From an uncultured Methanoregulaceae archaeon (GTDB lineage Archaea > Halobacteriota > Methanomicrobia > Methanomicrobiales > Methanospirillaceae), in NCBI GenBank assembly GCA_963737635.1, contig CAVTTL010000001.1:2048001-2112000 (forward strand): a DNA stretch of 64,000 nucleotides, in the 5' to 3' direction. Of this stretch, positions 29,986 to 40,544 are shown in pieces. Positions within the stretch are counted from its first letter, which is position 1; every line of letters begins with the position of its first letter. The notes under the pieces were generated by a model. It did not search any database. It was not told where the DNA came from and saw only the letters and a program-made list of their open reading frames with translations. The translations under genes and the position numbers were made by a program.

Positions 29986-32900
29986 ATGGTGATGAATTCT
30001 GAACCATCAGGTACAGATGCGGACATCCCTGACAGGGAGAGCGCCATCGATGTCTTCATTCTCTGCAAAGATGACCGGGATTCCGAGGAGCTCGGCGGAC
30101 AGCTCGCACCGGAGGGATATCGGGTCACCCTTTTTTCCGACAGCACGGATCTGCTGATATCCCTCCGTGCAGGAAAACCCAACCTACTCATCTGTGACGT
30201 CACCGGACCGGGGCAGGATGGGTATGAGGTCTGCCGCGAGATAAAAGCCGACGAAGATCTCTGGAGGGTCCCGGTGCTTCTTGTCACCGGTGTTGCAAGC
30301 CTTGGTGATCTTCTGATTGTCCTTGACAGCAATGCGGACAACTTCCTCGCGCGGCCATACGATCCCCAGTACCTCCTTTCGTTGATCGAAACGATGCTCG
30401 TGTCCCCTATAGAAAAGCCGGATCCGGAGAAAATCAGGACACAATTCAAGATCCGGCACGAAGACCGCGATTACGTGATCATGGCGGATCGCAGAAAACT
30501 TCTAGAGTTCCTGCTCTCCTCATTCGAGATCGCGATCGACCGGGCCGGAGAGCTGGCACAAGTGCAAAACGCTCTGGACGGGCTCAAATCCACATTCGAA
30601 CGTCGTGTTGCAGAACGTACGAACGAGTTGGTCACAGAAACTGCCAGACTCCAAGTCTTGGTAAATGGAAAGACGCACGAACTGGAAAGCGCTGCAAAAG
30701 TGCTGGAAAGTCAGAAAAGGGAAGAGGAGACCCTGCGCTCCCGTATTGACGACCGGGAAAGAGCTATTGCCACAAATCAAGACGAAATCAGCCGGCTTTC
30801 GCACGAACTCGAATCGACCCGGGCCCGGCTTGCAGAAGCTGAAGACACAACCCGAACACTCGGGACTGAGAAAGATGAACTTGAGCAGGCTCTCCGCGGC
30901 GACGCCGATGCTTTGAATCGCGATCTCGGCCAGACAAAAAATGACTTGGAAGAGGCAAAAAAAGAACTCGCGGTTCTCTCAGAAAACAAGATCGCCTTGG
31001 AGACGCAGGTTGCCGAGTTCACCCGTACCCATGAAGAGGCCCAGAAAACACTTGGCGCCCGGTTGGTCGAGATCGGGCAGGCTAAGAGTACGCTTGCCGG
31101 AGAGAAAAACCGGGCCGACGCCGCCGAAATGGAAGTTAAATCCATCCTGCAGGAAAAGGCACGGGCGGAGCAGGATCTCCGGCAGATGGTTGAAGATATT
31201 ACCGAAAAAGCAAAGCAGCAATCGCAGGAGTGCCTGCAGCTTGCCGACGATCTTGCCGCAGAAAAAGACCTAACAGTAGCAGCGGAACAGCAGTGCAGTG
31301 TACTTGCGCAGGAATCTGCAAAAAAAGAGGCTGCATTTGTCGCGGAAAAAAGTACGCTTGTAGAGCATCGTGAGGGGCTTCAGCAGAAATACGATGCATT
31401 GACGGCGTCGTTCGGCGCCGAGCAGCAGAAGTGCTCGTCATTGGAAACAGAAATTGTCCGCATAACAACAGCTGAGGAGCAAGCTGATCGGGGGATGCAG
31501 GCCATACAGGAAGATCTCCGTAGGGCAATTGCCGCGGGAGATGAGGAACGACGCCTGCGCACCGCGGCTGAAACGAGCGCGGCGGAGGTCGCAAAAATAA
31601 AAGATGAGGAAATGCAGGCTCTCAGGAACGATCTTGCCTCAGTCCGCGCCGAGATCGAGACTGCGCAATCCGATCTCGTGCAGGCAAAGCAGGAACGAGA
31701 TGATGCCCTTGGCGCGAGCAGAGGTCTCAGGGACGACCTGGCCGCTGCCGTCCTCGCAGGTGCAGAAGCGGACAAGCTGGCCCGCTCAGCTTCATCCGAA
31801 ATAGAACAGATCCGGGAAGAACTGGAGACCGAACGGCGCCTGCATCATGCAACCCAGGAGAAACACGCTGAGGTGATCCAGGCAAAGGAAAAGGCCGAGT
31901 GCGAATGGGGTGCCACCGGTGAAAAGATTGCGGCAAAAGAACGCGAACTTCTTGCAAACATTCGCATCCTCGCTGACACCCTTGAAACCGAGCATGATGC
32001 ACGGTTAAAGGCGGAAGATGCACTCAACCGTTTGGCGGAGGAAAAGGAAACAACGGACAAAAGACTGCTGACCCTTACTGATGAGAGAACAGCAGACAGA
32101 TCCATGGTTGAGCAGTCCGTGACACGTGAGCGTGAGCTCCTCGCAAAGATCCAAGGCCTGTCCGAAACTCTCGATGCCGAGCGTGATGCTCGGGCAAAGA
32201 CAGAAGATGATCTTTCACGGATAGCCAAGGAAAAAGAGGCGACCGCACAAAAACTGCTGGCATTTTCTGATGAGAGGGAATCCGAGAAGGCTGCCGGGGA
32301 GCAATTTGCAGCCCGGGAAAGCGAACTCCTTGTAAAGATCCAGATCCTCACTGATACTCTTGAGACTGAACATGATGCACGGTTAAAGGCAGAAGACGAT
32401 CTTTCAGAAACGGCTAGGGAAAAGGAGGTAGCAGAAAAGAGACTCCGTGCCGCTACCGAAGACAAGGTTGCGGATAAGGGGCATCTCGATGAGCGTTTCG
32501 CTGTGCTCGAAGCCGATCTCAGGACTGCCCTTGACCGGCAGCGATCACTGGAAGAACAGCTCCGCGCCGCCGAGCGGGAACAAGCCGAGAAAGAAGCGGC
32601 AGTGCAGGCTCTCGCCCGGGAGATCGAGCAGGCCACAGCGGCACTCGAAGCAGAAAAAGAGGAGCGTCGTGCAGCGGAAGAGGCATATGCCGAAGCAAAA
32701 GACGCCCTTATCGCACTCAGAAAAAAGCCACAGATCCCATCGACCGCGATAGAAGAGATCCCCATAGGTGATCATGCGATCGTCGCCAAACAGCCGGATC
32801 TTCCTGCCATGATCCTGGAAGGGCCGCACGCTCTCGTTCGAAAAGAGATTGACCGCCCGGTACCGGTTCAACCGGCACCGGCAGACCCGAAGATTGGAGG

Positions 32901-33396
32901 TAGTGGAGCGGAAACTGAAAGTCTTCATGCCACGATCCAGAGCGTCGAAGACCTCTTTGAAGAGCCACGAGAGATCGGGATCGATGAGCTACCGGACGCG
33001 ATCCACGTCATAAAATCACCGGTGGGCGGTAACTGCGTGCCGGGAGTCGATCTCTCAGAACATATCGATGACTGGCCACAGGAGATGCCTGATATCGCTG
33101 ACGATGACGAAACAGGCGATGAAGATACTGAGGCGGCTAAAAGTGAGTGTAGTTTTGACGAGGTTACTGAAGACAAAGTGCATGAATCCGGTATCCCGAC
33201 ATTCAGCCGCCAGCAATGGTTCGATCTCGTGAAATGGGCACACAATTCCGGCACACTCGCCCATGAAGAATGCATCAGGATCGTCAAGCTTGGCCGGCTG
33301 ATCCAGAAAGGCCGGCAGCTGACCCGGCGACAGGAAGCACAGCTCGCAGAGCTCATGACACTTGCCCATGCGAAGGGATACCGGCCGCGGGAATAA
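29986..33396 (+). CDS. Receiver-domain protein with ~740-aa coiled coil and small C-terminal domain
   Basis: N-terminal REC (PNLLICD, DGYEVC, PVLLVT, ADNFLARPY); E/K/R/A-rich heptads; acidic linker; QQWFDLVKWAH tail. Confidence 0.85.
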   Translation: MVMNSEPSGTDADIPDRESAIDVFILCKDDRDSEELGGQLAPEGYRVTLFSDSTDLLISLRAGKPNLLICDVTGPGQDGYEVCREIKADEDLWRVPVLLVTGVASLGDLLIVLDSNADNFLARPYDPQYLLSLIETMLVSPIEKPDPEKIRTQFKIRHEDRDYVIMADRRKLLEFLLSSFEIAIDRAGELAQVQNALDGLKSTFERRVAERTNELVTETARLQVLVNGKTHELESAAKVLESQKREEETLRSRIDDRERAIATNQDEISRLSHELESTRARLAEAEDTTRTLGTEKDELEQALRGDADALNRDLGQTKNDLEEAKKELAVLSENKIALETQVAEFTRTHEEAQKTLGARLVEIGQAKSTLAGEKNRADAAEMEVKSILQEKARAEQDLRQMVEDITEKAKQQSQECLQLADDLAAEKDLTVAAEQQCSVLAQESAKKEAAFVAEKSTLVEHREGLQQKYDALTASFGAEQQKCSSLETEIVRITTAEEQADRGMQAIQEDLRRAIAAGDEERRLRTAAETSAAEVAKIKDEEMQALRNDLASVRAEIETAQSDLVQAKQERDDALGASRGLRDDLAAAVLAGAEADKLARSASSEIEQIREELETERRLHHATQEKHAEVIQAKEKAECEWGATGEKIAAKERELLANIRILADTLETEHDARLKAEDALNRLAEEKETTDKRLLTLTDERTADRSMVEQSVTRERELLAKIQGLSETLDAERDARAKTEDDLSRIAKEKEATAQKLLAFSDERESEKAAGEQFAARESELLVKIQILTDTLETEHDARLKAEDDLSETAREKEVAEKRLRAATEDKVADKGHLDERFAVLEADLRTALDRQRSLEEQLRAAEREQAEKEAAVQALAREIEQATAALEAEKEERRAAEEAYAEAKDALIALRKKPQIPSTAIEEIPIGDHAIVAKQPDLPAMILEGPHALVRKEIDRPVPVQPAPADPKIGGSGAETESLHATIQSVEDLFEEPREIGIDELPDAIHVIKSPVGGNCVPGVDLSEHIDDWPQEMPDIADDDETGDEDTEAAKSECSFDEVTEDKVHESGIPTFSRQQWFDLVKWAHNSGTLAHEECIRIVKLGRLIQKGRQLTRRQEAQLAELMTLAHAKGYRPRE
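31939..32505 (+). repeat. Three intragenic tandem 189-bp (63-aa) repeats
   Basis: Units start at 31939, 32128 and 32317: E[RS]ELL..I..L.[DE]TL..E.DAR.K.ED.L...A.EKE. Confidence 0.85.
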
Positions 33397-33526
33397 GTGG
33401 CTCGATTGCAGAATGTACATTCCCAATCGTGGCAAAACGACCCTATTTTTTATTGTCTATGTTCATTGAAGATGCCATCTTTGCCGGAAGTGGCAGTTCC
33501 CGGCGTTTGACTCCTTAAATAACCTA

Positions 33527-34276
33527 TTAGAGGCGCTCGGGACTCTGCGCAGGAGAAGACACTGCTATCATTCCAGCCTGCACAGAGTCCTGCCGGACCG
33601 TGATGGCCGACGAGTACATCATAATGCCAAGACAGGTAGCAATACCGGTAATACTGACCGGGAGAAAAAGGAAGTGTGTCACTATTTCTGTGCTTTCGAG
33701 CCAGAGGATGATGATAAGCACAGAGCAGTGTTGTACATGGTACCAGGTGATGCGCGGATCGGCACGATCACAGGGACGAATGGAACCGGCGATCTTTTGC
33801 ATGCTGAACGGGAAGAAAGGGAATATTCCCTTTCTCGTACAGAGATCTTCTGCCAAGTGGAGTCCGAGACCGAGAAGGATCCCGCCGAGAAATACCGTCA
33901 CAAATCCGGCACATGGACTATTCACAAGATCAACGGGAACGTAAAGGAGAATACCGGCAAACGTTACGATAAAGAGAACGCCGGGGATAGAGTGTGTAAG
34001 GCGTTTATCAGAAGGATCCACAATCGGGTATCCAAAGCGCGCATAAATCCGGCACATAAACGGGGCACAAAGACGCCGGGGAACCTGGACGACAATCCAT
34101 GCCAGAGTGCGAAAAGACAAATGCCGTGGCCGGGACATATGGATGTCGGGCAGGACTGCACCTAAACACGTACCGGTACATACGATTACTCCGAGGAGCG
34201 GATCAGAGAAAATGAAGGAACTGCAGGCGATGAGGGCGCATATTAAGGCAAGTGCAATATGATGCCGGGTGATCAT
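33527..34276 (-). CDS. Membrane metal-dependent hydrolase (YdjM/DUF457-like)
   Basis: RHHIA, GAVLPDI, RLTHS and HLAEDLCTRKGI..FPF. Confidence 0.8.
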   Translation of the reverse strand: MITRHHIALALICALIACSSFIFSDPLLGVIVCTGTCLGAVLPDIHMSRPRHLSFRTLAWIVVQVPRRLCAPFMCRIYARFGYPIVDPSDKRLTHSIPGVLFIVTFAGILLYVPVDLVNSPCAGFVTVFLGGILLGLGLHLAEDLCTRKGIFPFFPFSMQKIAGSIRPCDRADPRITWYHVQHCSVLIIILWLESTEIVTHFLFLPVSITGIATCLGIMMYSSAITVRQDSVQAGMIAVSSPAQSPERL

Positions 34277-34612
34277 GGGATTCTCATCGTTTCCAAAGAT
34301 TCTTCAGACCGCTGAAAGGCCTTCTTCTTAATGAGGATGGGGGGGCCGGCAGAATCGTATAAAGGTGTTTACGCATTCTCATTAATAAAGACTCAAGTAA
34401 ACAAAAAACATTAATGCCGAATCGGGATGCTGATGGTTTTCCAAAATGACGACCGAAAAAGACTTCCTTTTCCGTTCCTGTACAAGACATGTAACCTCAA
34501 GTTAGTCTCAGCGATAACCGTGAAATATTAACAAATTTCCGCAATATATCAAAAATATTAACTATTATCACAAAAGAGAATAGGTAAAAACTATTTCCAT
34601 CTGGTGAATTTC

Positions 34613-35560
34613 ATGAAAGGAACAATTACCCCACTAAGACTGGCACTGATCGGTATGATCTGCTGCCTTCTTTTCGTATCAGTACTGTTCGCTGGTTGCA
34701 CGCAAAGCACGACTGCGCCACCTACAGCAACCGCTGCACCGACGTCTCAGGCAACCGCTGTATCAACACCGGTAGCACCAGCAACGACGGCCGTTCTGAC
34801 AACCGTCGCGACGACCGCAACACCTGTACCGAATTATACCCCATCGTCGAGCAACCTCGTCGTCTACACTGCTGCTTCGCTGACCGGAGCATCAAAAACC
34901 ATCGGACCCTCCTTCACCAAGGCCTACCCGGGCACCTCAGTGACATTCGACCTCGATGGTACCCAGGCACTTAAGACTCAGGTAGAGAATGGGGCATATG
35001 CGGATGTATTCATCTCGGCAAGTAATGCGTATACAAATACCCTCACAAATGAAGGATACTTTGTCCCCAATTCGGTGCAGAAGCTGACCACAAACTACGT
35101 GATCGTTATCTTACCTGCCGCCAATACGGCAAACATCAAGTCCCTCGCGGATCTTGCAAAGCCTGGCGTGAAGATTGCAATGGCGGCAAACACTGTCCCG
35201 GTCGGTACCGCAACAATAGCGGTCTTAAACAACCTGGCCAACTCCACCTACAGCCAGGCTTGGGAGAACCAGACGATGAGTAACGTGGTGACCTACGAGA
35301 CATCTGAACCTGCCGTCGCGACCAAGGTCGCCCTTGGCGAAGTTGACGCAGGATTCGTTTACCAGTCCACAGCAACAGCGGCGGCGAGCGGAACGTACCA
35401 GTCACTCACTATACCCAAGAGTAATAACTATCTCCAGACCTATACGATCGGAATCCTCAATGAAAGCAAGAACAAGGCGGCGGCAGCCGAATTCGAGCAG
35501 TACATGCTCTCATCCGCCGGGCAACAGATCCTGACACAGTACGGGTTCACCGCTCCGTAA
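34613..35560 (+). CDS. modA: Molybdate/tungstate ABC substrate-binding lipoprotein
   Basis: Lipobox LFAGC, T/A/P linker, AASLT, ADVFISA, VPVG and GEVDAGFVY. Confidence 0.9.
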   Translation: MKGTITPLRLALIGMICCLLFVSVLFAGCTQSTTAPPTATAAPTSQATAVSTPVAPATTAVLTTVATTATPVPNYTPSSSNLVVYTAASLTGASKTIGPSFTKAYPGTSVTFDLDGTQALKTQVENGAYADVFISASNAYTNTLTNEGYFVPNSVQKLTTNYVIVILPAANTANIKSLADLAKPGVKIAMAANTVPVGTATIAVLNNLANSTYSQAWENQTMSNVVTYETSEPAVATKVALGEVDAGFVYQSTATAAASGTYQSLTIPKSNNYLQTYTIGILNESKNKAAAAEFEQYMLSSAGQQILTQYGFTAP

Positions 35561-35625
35561 ATAAAAAAAATCTCCTTTTTTTAGAGGATACGCCGGCGCC
35601 CTGCCGGTAACGAATTTGGAACACC

Positions 35626-36447
35626 ATGATCCCACACGTCCTCCGGCCAAAAAACTACCGGCAGAAACTGACGTACCTTGTTGCGGGGATCCTGATCGCC
35701 ACTGTCACGCTCTACCTTGCCCTGCCTATTCTCGCCCTTTTTCTCCGGGTAACACCGGATATGTTCTTTACTTCGCTCAAAGACCCTGATGTCATAAGCG
35801 CACTCTGGATAAGCATTTTTACAACGGTCATGACCCTTGTTGTGGTCATCGTTGTCGGAACACCCTTTGCCTACTTCCATTCCAAGTACTCGTACCCGGG
35901 TAAAGTAATCGTGGATACCTTAATCGATCTTCCCCTCGTTCTCCCACCGGCCGTAGCAGGGGTCGCTCTTCTCGTGCTGTACGGCCGGGTCGGCCTTCTT
36001 GGCCGGTACTTCAATATGTTCGGGATCCAGCTTGCATTTACCACTCTTGCCGTGATCATGGCGCAGGTTTTCGTCTCTTCACCGTTCTATATCCGGCAGG
36101 CAAAATCGCTCTTCGATCAGCTGGACCCGGCATACGAGCAGACCGCACGGACGCTCGGGGCCTCATCGTTCCGGATCCTGACACTTGTCACCCTCCCTAT
36201 GACTGCGGGCGGCCTCGTCTCGGGGGCGGTCATGACATTTGGGCGGGCGCTTGGGGAATTTGGTGCGACGATCATGTTTGCCGGTAACCTTCCCGGGGTG
36301 ACCCAGACAATGCCTCTTGCAGTCTACGTAGGTATGGAAGGAGATATCAATGTCGGGCTTACCATCTCGATCTTGCTGGTGATTATCTCCTTTACTATGA
36401 TGATTATTATAAAGTACATCCAGAAACGGGAGACATACCATGCTTGA
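35626..36447 (+). CDS. modB: Molybdate ABC permease
   Basis: LPLVLPPAVAG, EQTARTLGA and RALGEFGATIMFAGN..TQTMPLAVY. Confidence 0.92.
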   Translation: MIPHVLRPKNYRQKLTYLVAGILIATVTLYLALPILALFLRVTPDMFFTSLKDPDVISALWISIFTTVMTLVVVIVVGTPFAYFHSKYSYPGKVIVDTLIDLPLVLPPAVAGVALLVLYGRVGLLGRYFNMFGIQLAFTTLAVIMAQVFVSSPFYIRQAKSLFDQLDPAYEQTARTLGASSFRILTLVTLPMTAGGLVSGAVMTFGRALGEFGATIMFAGNLPGVTQTMPLAVYVGMEGDINVGLTISILLVIISFTMMIIIKYIQKRETYHA

Positions 36448-37142
36448 AGCAGTTGTGGTAAAACGCCTCCGGGATTATACCCTTGACCTGGCGATTAGCG
36501 TAAAATCCGGCGAGATAGCCGTCCTGATGGGCGTGAATGGTTCAGGAAAGTCGACAACCCTCAACATTATCGCCGGCCTGCTGCAGCCGGACAACGCTTC
36601 GATCACCTTGAACGGGAATTACCTGTACCAGTACCAGGGAAGGCATTGACATTCCCGCGGAAGACCGCCGGATCGGATACGTCCTCCAGAACTCAGCGGT
36701 ATTCCCTCACATGAGCGTGCGCGACAATGTGGCATTCGGCCTTCGTGCCCAGCACCGCCCCCGCCAGTTCATTTCAGAGCAGGTCACTTACTGGATGGAT
36801 CATATGCATATCACGGATCTTGCCGGAGTAAAGGCAGGAAGCCTGTCGGGAGGGCAGAAACAGCGGGTCGCGCTCGCCCGGGCCCTTGCGGTCGAACCGG
36901 ACCTGTTAATGCTGGACGAACCATTCACCGGGCTCGACGCCGAAAGTATGGCGATCGTCAAGGATCTCATAGCGAAATTTGTCAAAAAACTGGAGATCCC
37001 GTGCATCTTAGTGACCCATCGGGTCGCGGACAGCGAGGAGATCGGCGATCGGACCTGCGTGCTCTGCAATGGGAAAAAAGAATGGGAGGGCATCCCGGGA
37101 GAAATGCCGGAGATCTGTACGGTCTGTCATTGCACAGGATAA
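36440..37142 (+). CDS. modC: Molybdate ABC ATPase, one frameshift (~36629)
   Basis: Walker A GVNGSGKST in the first frame; RRIGYVLQN, LSGGQKQR and LDEPF in the second. Confidence 0.88.
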
Positions 37143-37213
37143 GACGACAGTACCAGCCCCGGGACCATGATGCGTCCTCTTCTGCCGGCCACCCTTTACC
37201 GGTACAGTCCACT

Positions 37214-37852
37214 CTAATCGATCAGCAGGATCGCCATCGGCTCCGGGTGTCCGGTGATCGGGAACCGGATTGGCATTCCCGCTTTCTCTGTGGTATGCTT
37301 CATGTTGATGCCGACAGCATGCTCCGGGATCCTCGCTTGGGTTGGATGGAGACAGATCCCGGATTTCACGTTGCAGGTCTCGCAGAGCCTGCAGGACCCA
37401 TTGACAAAGGCGAGGGCAAATGTGTAACCAGCATTAAACGCCGTTTTCTCCAGCTCAAGCATCACCGGAGCGAAATTTTTACTCCCCTCGAAATAATCCT
37501 TCCAGAACTGTGTCGCTTCCTCTTTCTTCTGCGCCGGGGCCTCCGGGTCAAGCCAGTACTTATAGACGGAGCACAGGACATCCTCATCGGCTGTCGCCGG
37601 AGACGTGAATTTTACGAGAAGCGCAGAGCGGTACTCAGAAAGGATCTTCCGGAACTCATCGGGTGTCGGGACGTAAGGGGGACAGGTCAGTTTCTTCCCG
37701 TACCCGATACATCCGGCCCTGCACTTGAGTGGGACACGATTTTCCACGACTATCCCGGAGGCCGGTATAACCTTTGCCTCTGTAGCACCCAGATCCTTTG
37801 CCTTCTTCCGGAGAAATGCAAACTCCTCGCTTCCCTTATGTTCAATAACCAT
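37214..37852 (-). CDS. DUF2284 Cys-rich metal-binding protein
   Basis: KCRAGCIGYG..TCPP, LELEK, GSCRLCETC..CLHP..AR and AVGIN. Confidence 0.85.
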   Translation of the reverse strand: MVIEHKGSEEFAFLRKKAKDLGATEAKVIPASGIVVENRVPLKCRAGCIGYGKKLTCPPYVPTPDEFRKILSEYRSALLVKFTSPATADEDVLCSVYKYWLDPEAPAQKKEEATQFWKDYFEGSKNFAPVMLELEKTAFNAGYTFALAFVNGSCRLCETCNVKSGICLHPTQARIPEHAVGINMKHTTEKAGMPIRFPITGHPEPMAILLID

Positions 37853-38110
37853 AGATCATCACTCTTTTTCCCCTATTTCCGTTAACTGATTTTTACGCAA
37901 GTATACTGATTTCTTTGATCATAAGAGCATATACGGTATGCAAGGCGACCGGGCCTTCTATCGGGTCACATGAATTCACATTCACATTCATCCGGAATTT
38001 TTGCTGAGCGAAGAACAAGGGCATATTTATACGAAGCAGCAAAACAGCTACACGCAAATCTGCCGGTACCTAAATCCGGACTGGATCGACATGCATGAGG
38101 TAATCATTCC

Positions 38111-40544
38111 ATGACTACCGACTCTCTCGGGGCACTCATTAAAAAACAGATAAAACCTGCGGTTCTGATCTTTTTTCTGCTCACTATTGTCGTGGGCGTT
38201 CTTTATCCGCTTGTGGTCACCGGCATTGCACAAGTAGCGTTCCCGGTCCAAGCAAACGGGGACCTCGTCACGCATAATGGCCAGGTGGTCGGATCGTCGC
38301 AGATCGGCCAGCCGTTCTCATCTCCGCAGTATTTCTGGGGACGTCTCTCTGCCACATCACCCGTCCCCTATAATGCCGATTCTTCTACAGGATCGAATCT
38401 CGGCCCCAATAACCCGGCGCTCGTGCAGGAGGTCCAGACCCGGGTCGATGCCCTCCATGCGATCGATCCCAATAATACCAATGAGATTCCTGTTGACCTC
38501 GTCACGTCTTCGGGAAGCGGCCTTGACCCGGACATATCAGTTGCAGCCGCATATTACCAGGTACCCCGTGTCGCCCGTGAACGCAACCTTTCTGAGGCTG
38601 ATGTCACTGCCCTTGTCGCTTCGCAGACCGAACCACGCCAGTTCGGGATATTCGGTGAACCCCGGGTAAACGTTCTCTCCCTGAACCTCGCACTCGATGA
38701 TCTCAGTGCGCATAAGATTTCCGGGCAGCAGCTCGCCGGTTCGAACCCCGTCACCGAGCCCCGTGGCGCAGATCTTGTCTTCGGTATGCTTATCCAAGAC
38801 TGGATCCAGCTGATCCTCTTCATTGGTATCGTTGCACTCATTACCGTGCCCCTTGGGGCATGGATGGCAAAGATTTTCACTGGAAAACCGAACTGTCTCT
38901 CACCGGTCATCGACTGGGTCGAACGGAACGTCCTTACTCTGTGCGGGGTTACTGCTGGAGAGGAGATGGACTGGAAGCAGTTCGCCGTTGCGGTTATGGT
39001 CTTTGCTATTCCCTGCATTGGCGTGGTCTTTGTTATGCAGCTGGTACAGCAGTTCCTTCCCCTCAACCCGGCGGGACTTGGTGCTGTGCCGTGGGATCTT
39101 TCGCTTAACACCGCGATCAGTTTTGCGACCAACACTAACTGGCAGGCATATGTCCCTGAACTGACCATGAGTTACTTTACCCAGATGATCGGCCTTGTTG
39201 TCCAGAACTTCCTCTCGGCTGCTGTCGGGCTTGCAGTCCTTATCGCCCTCATCTATGCTTTTATGCGAAAGTCGCAATCTACCATCGGCAACTTCTGGGT
39301 GCTGCTGGTACGAAGCGTCATGATCCTGCTCCCCCTCGCTTTTATCATCTCCCTTGTGCTTGTTTCGCAGGGAACGCCCCAGACGTTTTCCGGTCCCGTG
39401 ACAGTCCCGCTCCTTAACCCGGTAAACGACACCACCGGAGCATTGGTCACCACCCAAACCATCCCTCTTGGGCCGGTTGCCTCTCAGATCAGCTATCAAG
39501 ATGCTCGGGACAAATGGCGGCGGGCACTATAATGCCAATTCTGCGCATCCACTTGAAAATCCAACGCCATTTTCGAACTTTGTCGAAATGCTCTCAATGA
39601 TCATCATCCCCGCCGCCCTCTGCATTACCTTTGGGATAATGATCGGATCGAAGCGAAAAGGAGTGGCACTCCTGATTGCCATGTCAATTATCTTCCTGGT
39701 GCTGACCGGTCTTGCTATCTGGTCTGAACAGGGGGGGAACCCGGTGCTTACACCGCTCGGTGTCGATCAGACTCCTTCGCATCTTCAGCCCGGCGGAAAT
39801 ATGGAAGGAAAAGAGGTCAGGTTCGGGGTTGTCTCCTCCGCCCTCTTTTCAGTTATCACAACCAGTACCTCCTGTGGCGCAGTCAATTCTATGCATGATT
39901 CCTTCATGCCTGTTGCCGGCGGGATTGTGCTTTTTGATATGCATTTAGGCGAAGTGGTGTTCGGTGGTGTCGGCTCCGGCCTGTACGGCATGCTCATCTT
40001 TGTCATCATTGCGATGTTTATTGCCGGCCTGATGGTCGGGCGGACACCGGAACTCTATGGCAAGAAGATCGAGCAGTACGAGATGAAGATGGCAACAATA
40101 ATCATCCTTATTCCCATTGTCATGATCCTCGCATTTACATCGCTTGCTGTCCTTACAACCGCCGGCCAAGCCGGAGTCTTCAACCCGGGGCCGCATGGAT
40201 TTACCGAGATCCTGTACGCGTATACATCAGCTTCCCAGAATAACGGAAGCGCATTTGCCGGGCTCTCGGCAGATTCCCTGTTCTATAATATTACCACCGC
40301 GATTGCGATGTTCATCGGGCGCTATGCCATCATTATCCTGACCCTCGCACTCGCCGGATCACTGGTGACAAAAAAGATCGTTCCCCCGAGCGAAGGGACG
40401 CTCTCGGATCACCGGCCGCTGTTTATCCTCTGGCTGGTATTTGTCATCATCATTATAGGGGCACTCAGTTTCCTCCCGGCGCTCTCGCTTGGTCCCATCG
40501 CAGAATACATGGGCATGGTAGCAGGAGGGCTGATCCATGTCTGA
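38111..40544 (+). CDS. kdpA: KdpC-KdpA fusion (K+-transporting ATPase), one frameshift (~39491) within the KdpA part
   Basis: KdpC motifs ([44 protein letters not shown]) run in frame into KdpA ([21 protein letters not shown]), then LGTNGGG, SCGAVN, GGVGSG and NNGSAF after the shift. Confidence 0.92.

Noticed and set aside
31939-32505. Possible CRISPR or mobile repeat
   Set aside because: Degenerate in-frame 189-bp coding repeats with no spacers.
37001-37885. 294-aa plus-strand ORF
   Set aside because: Overlaps modC and lies antisense to the DUF2284 gene; no motifs.
37965-37992. TTCACA short repeats upstream of kdp as kdpF or an operator
   Set aside because: Low complexity, no hydrophobic mini-ORF, too short to support.
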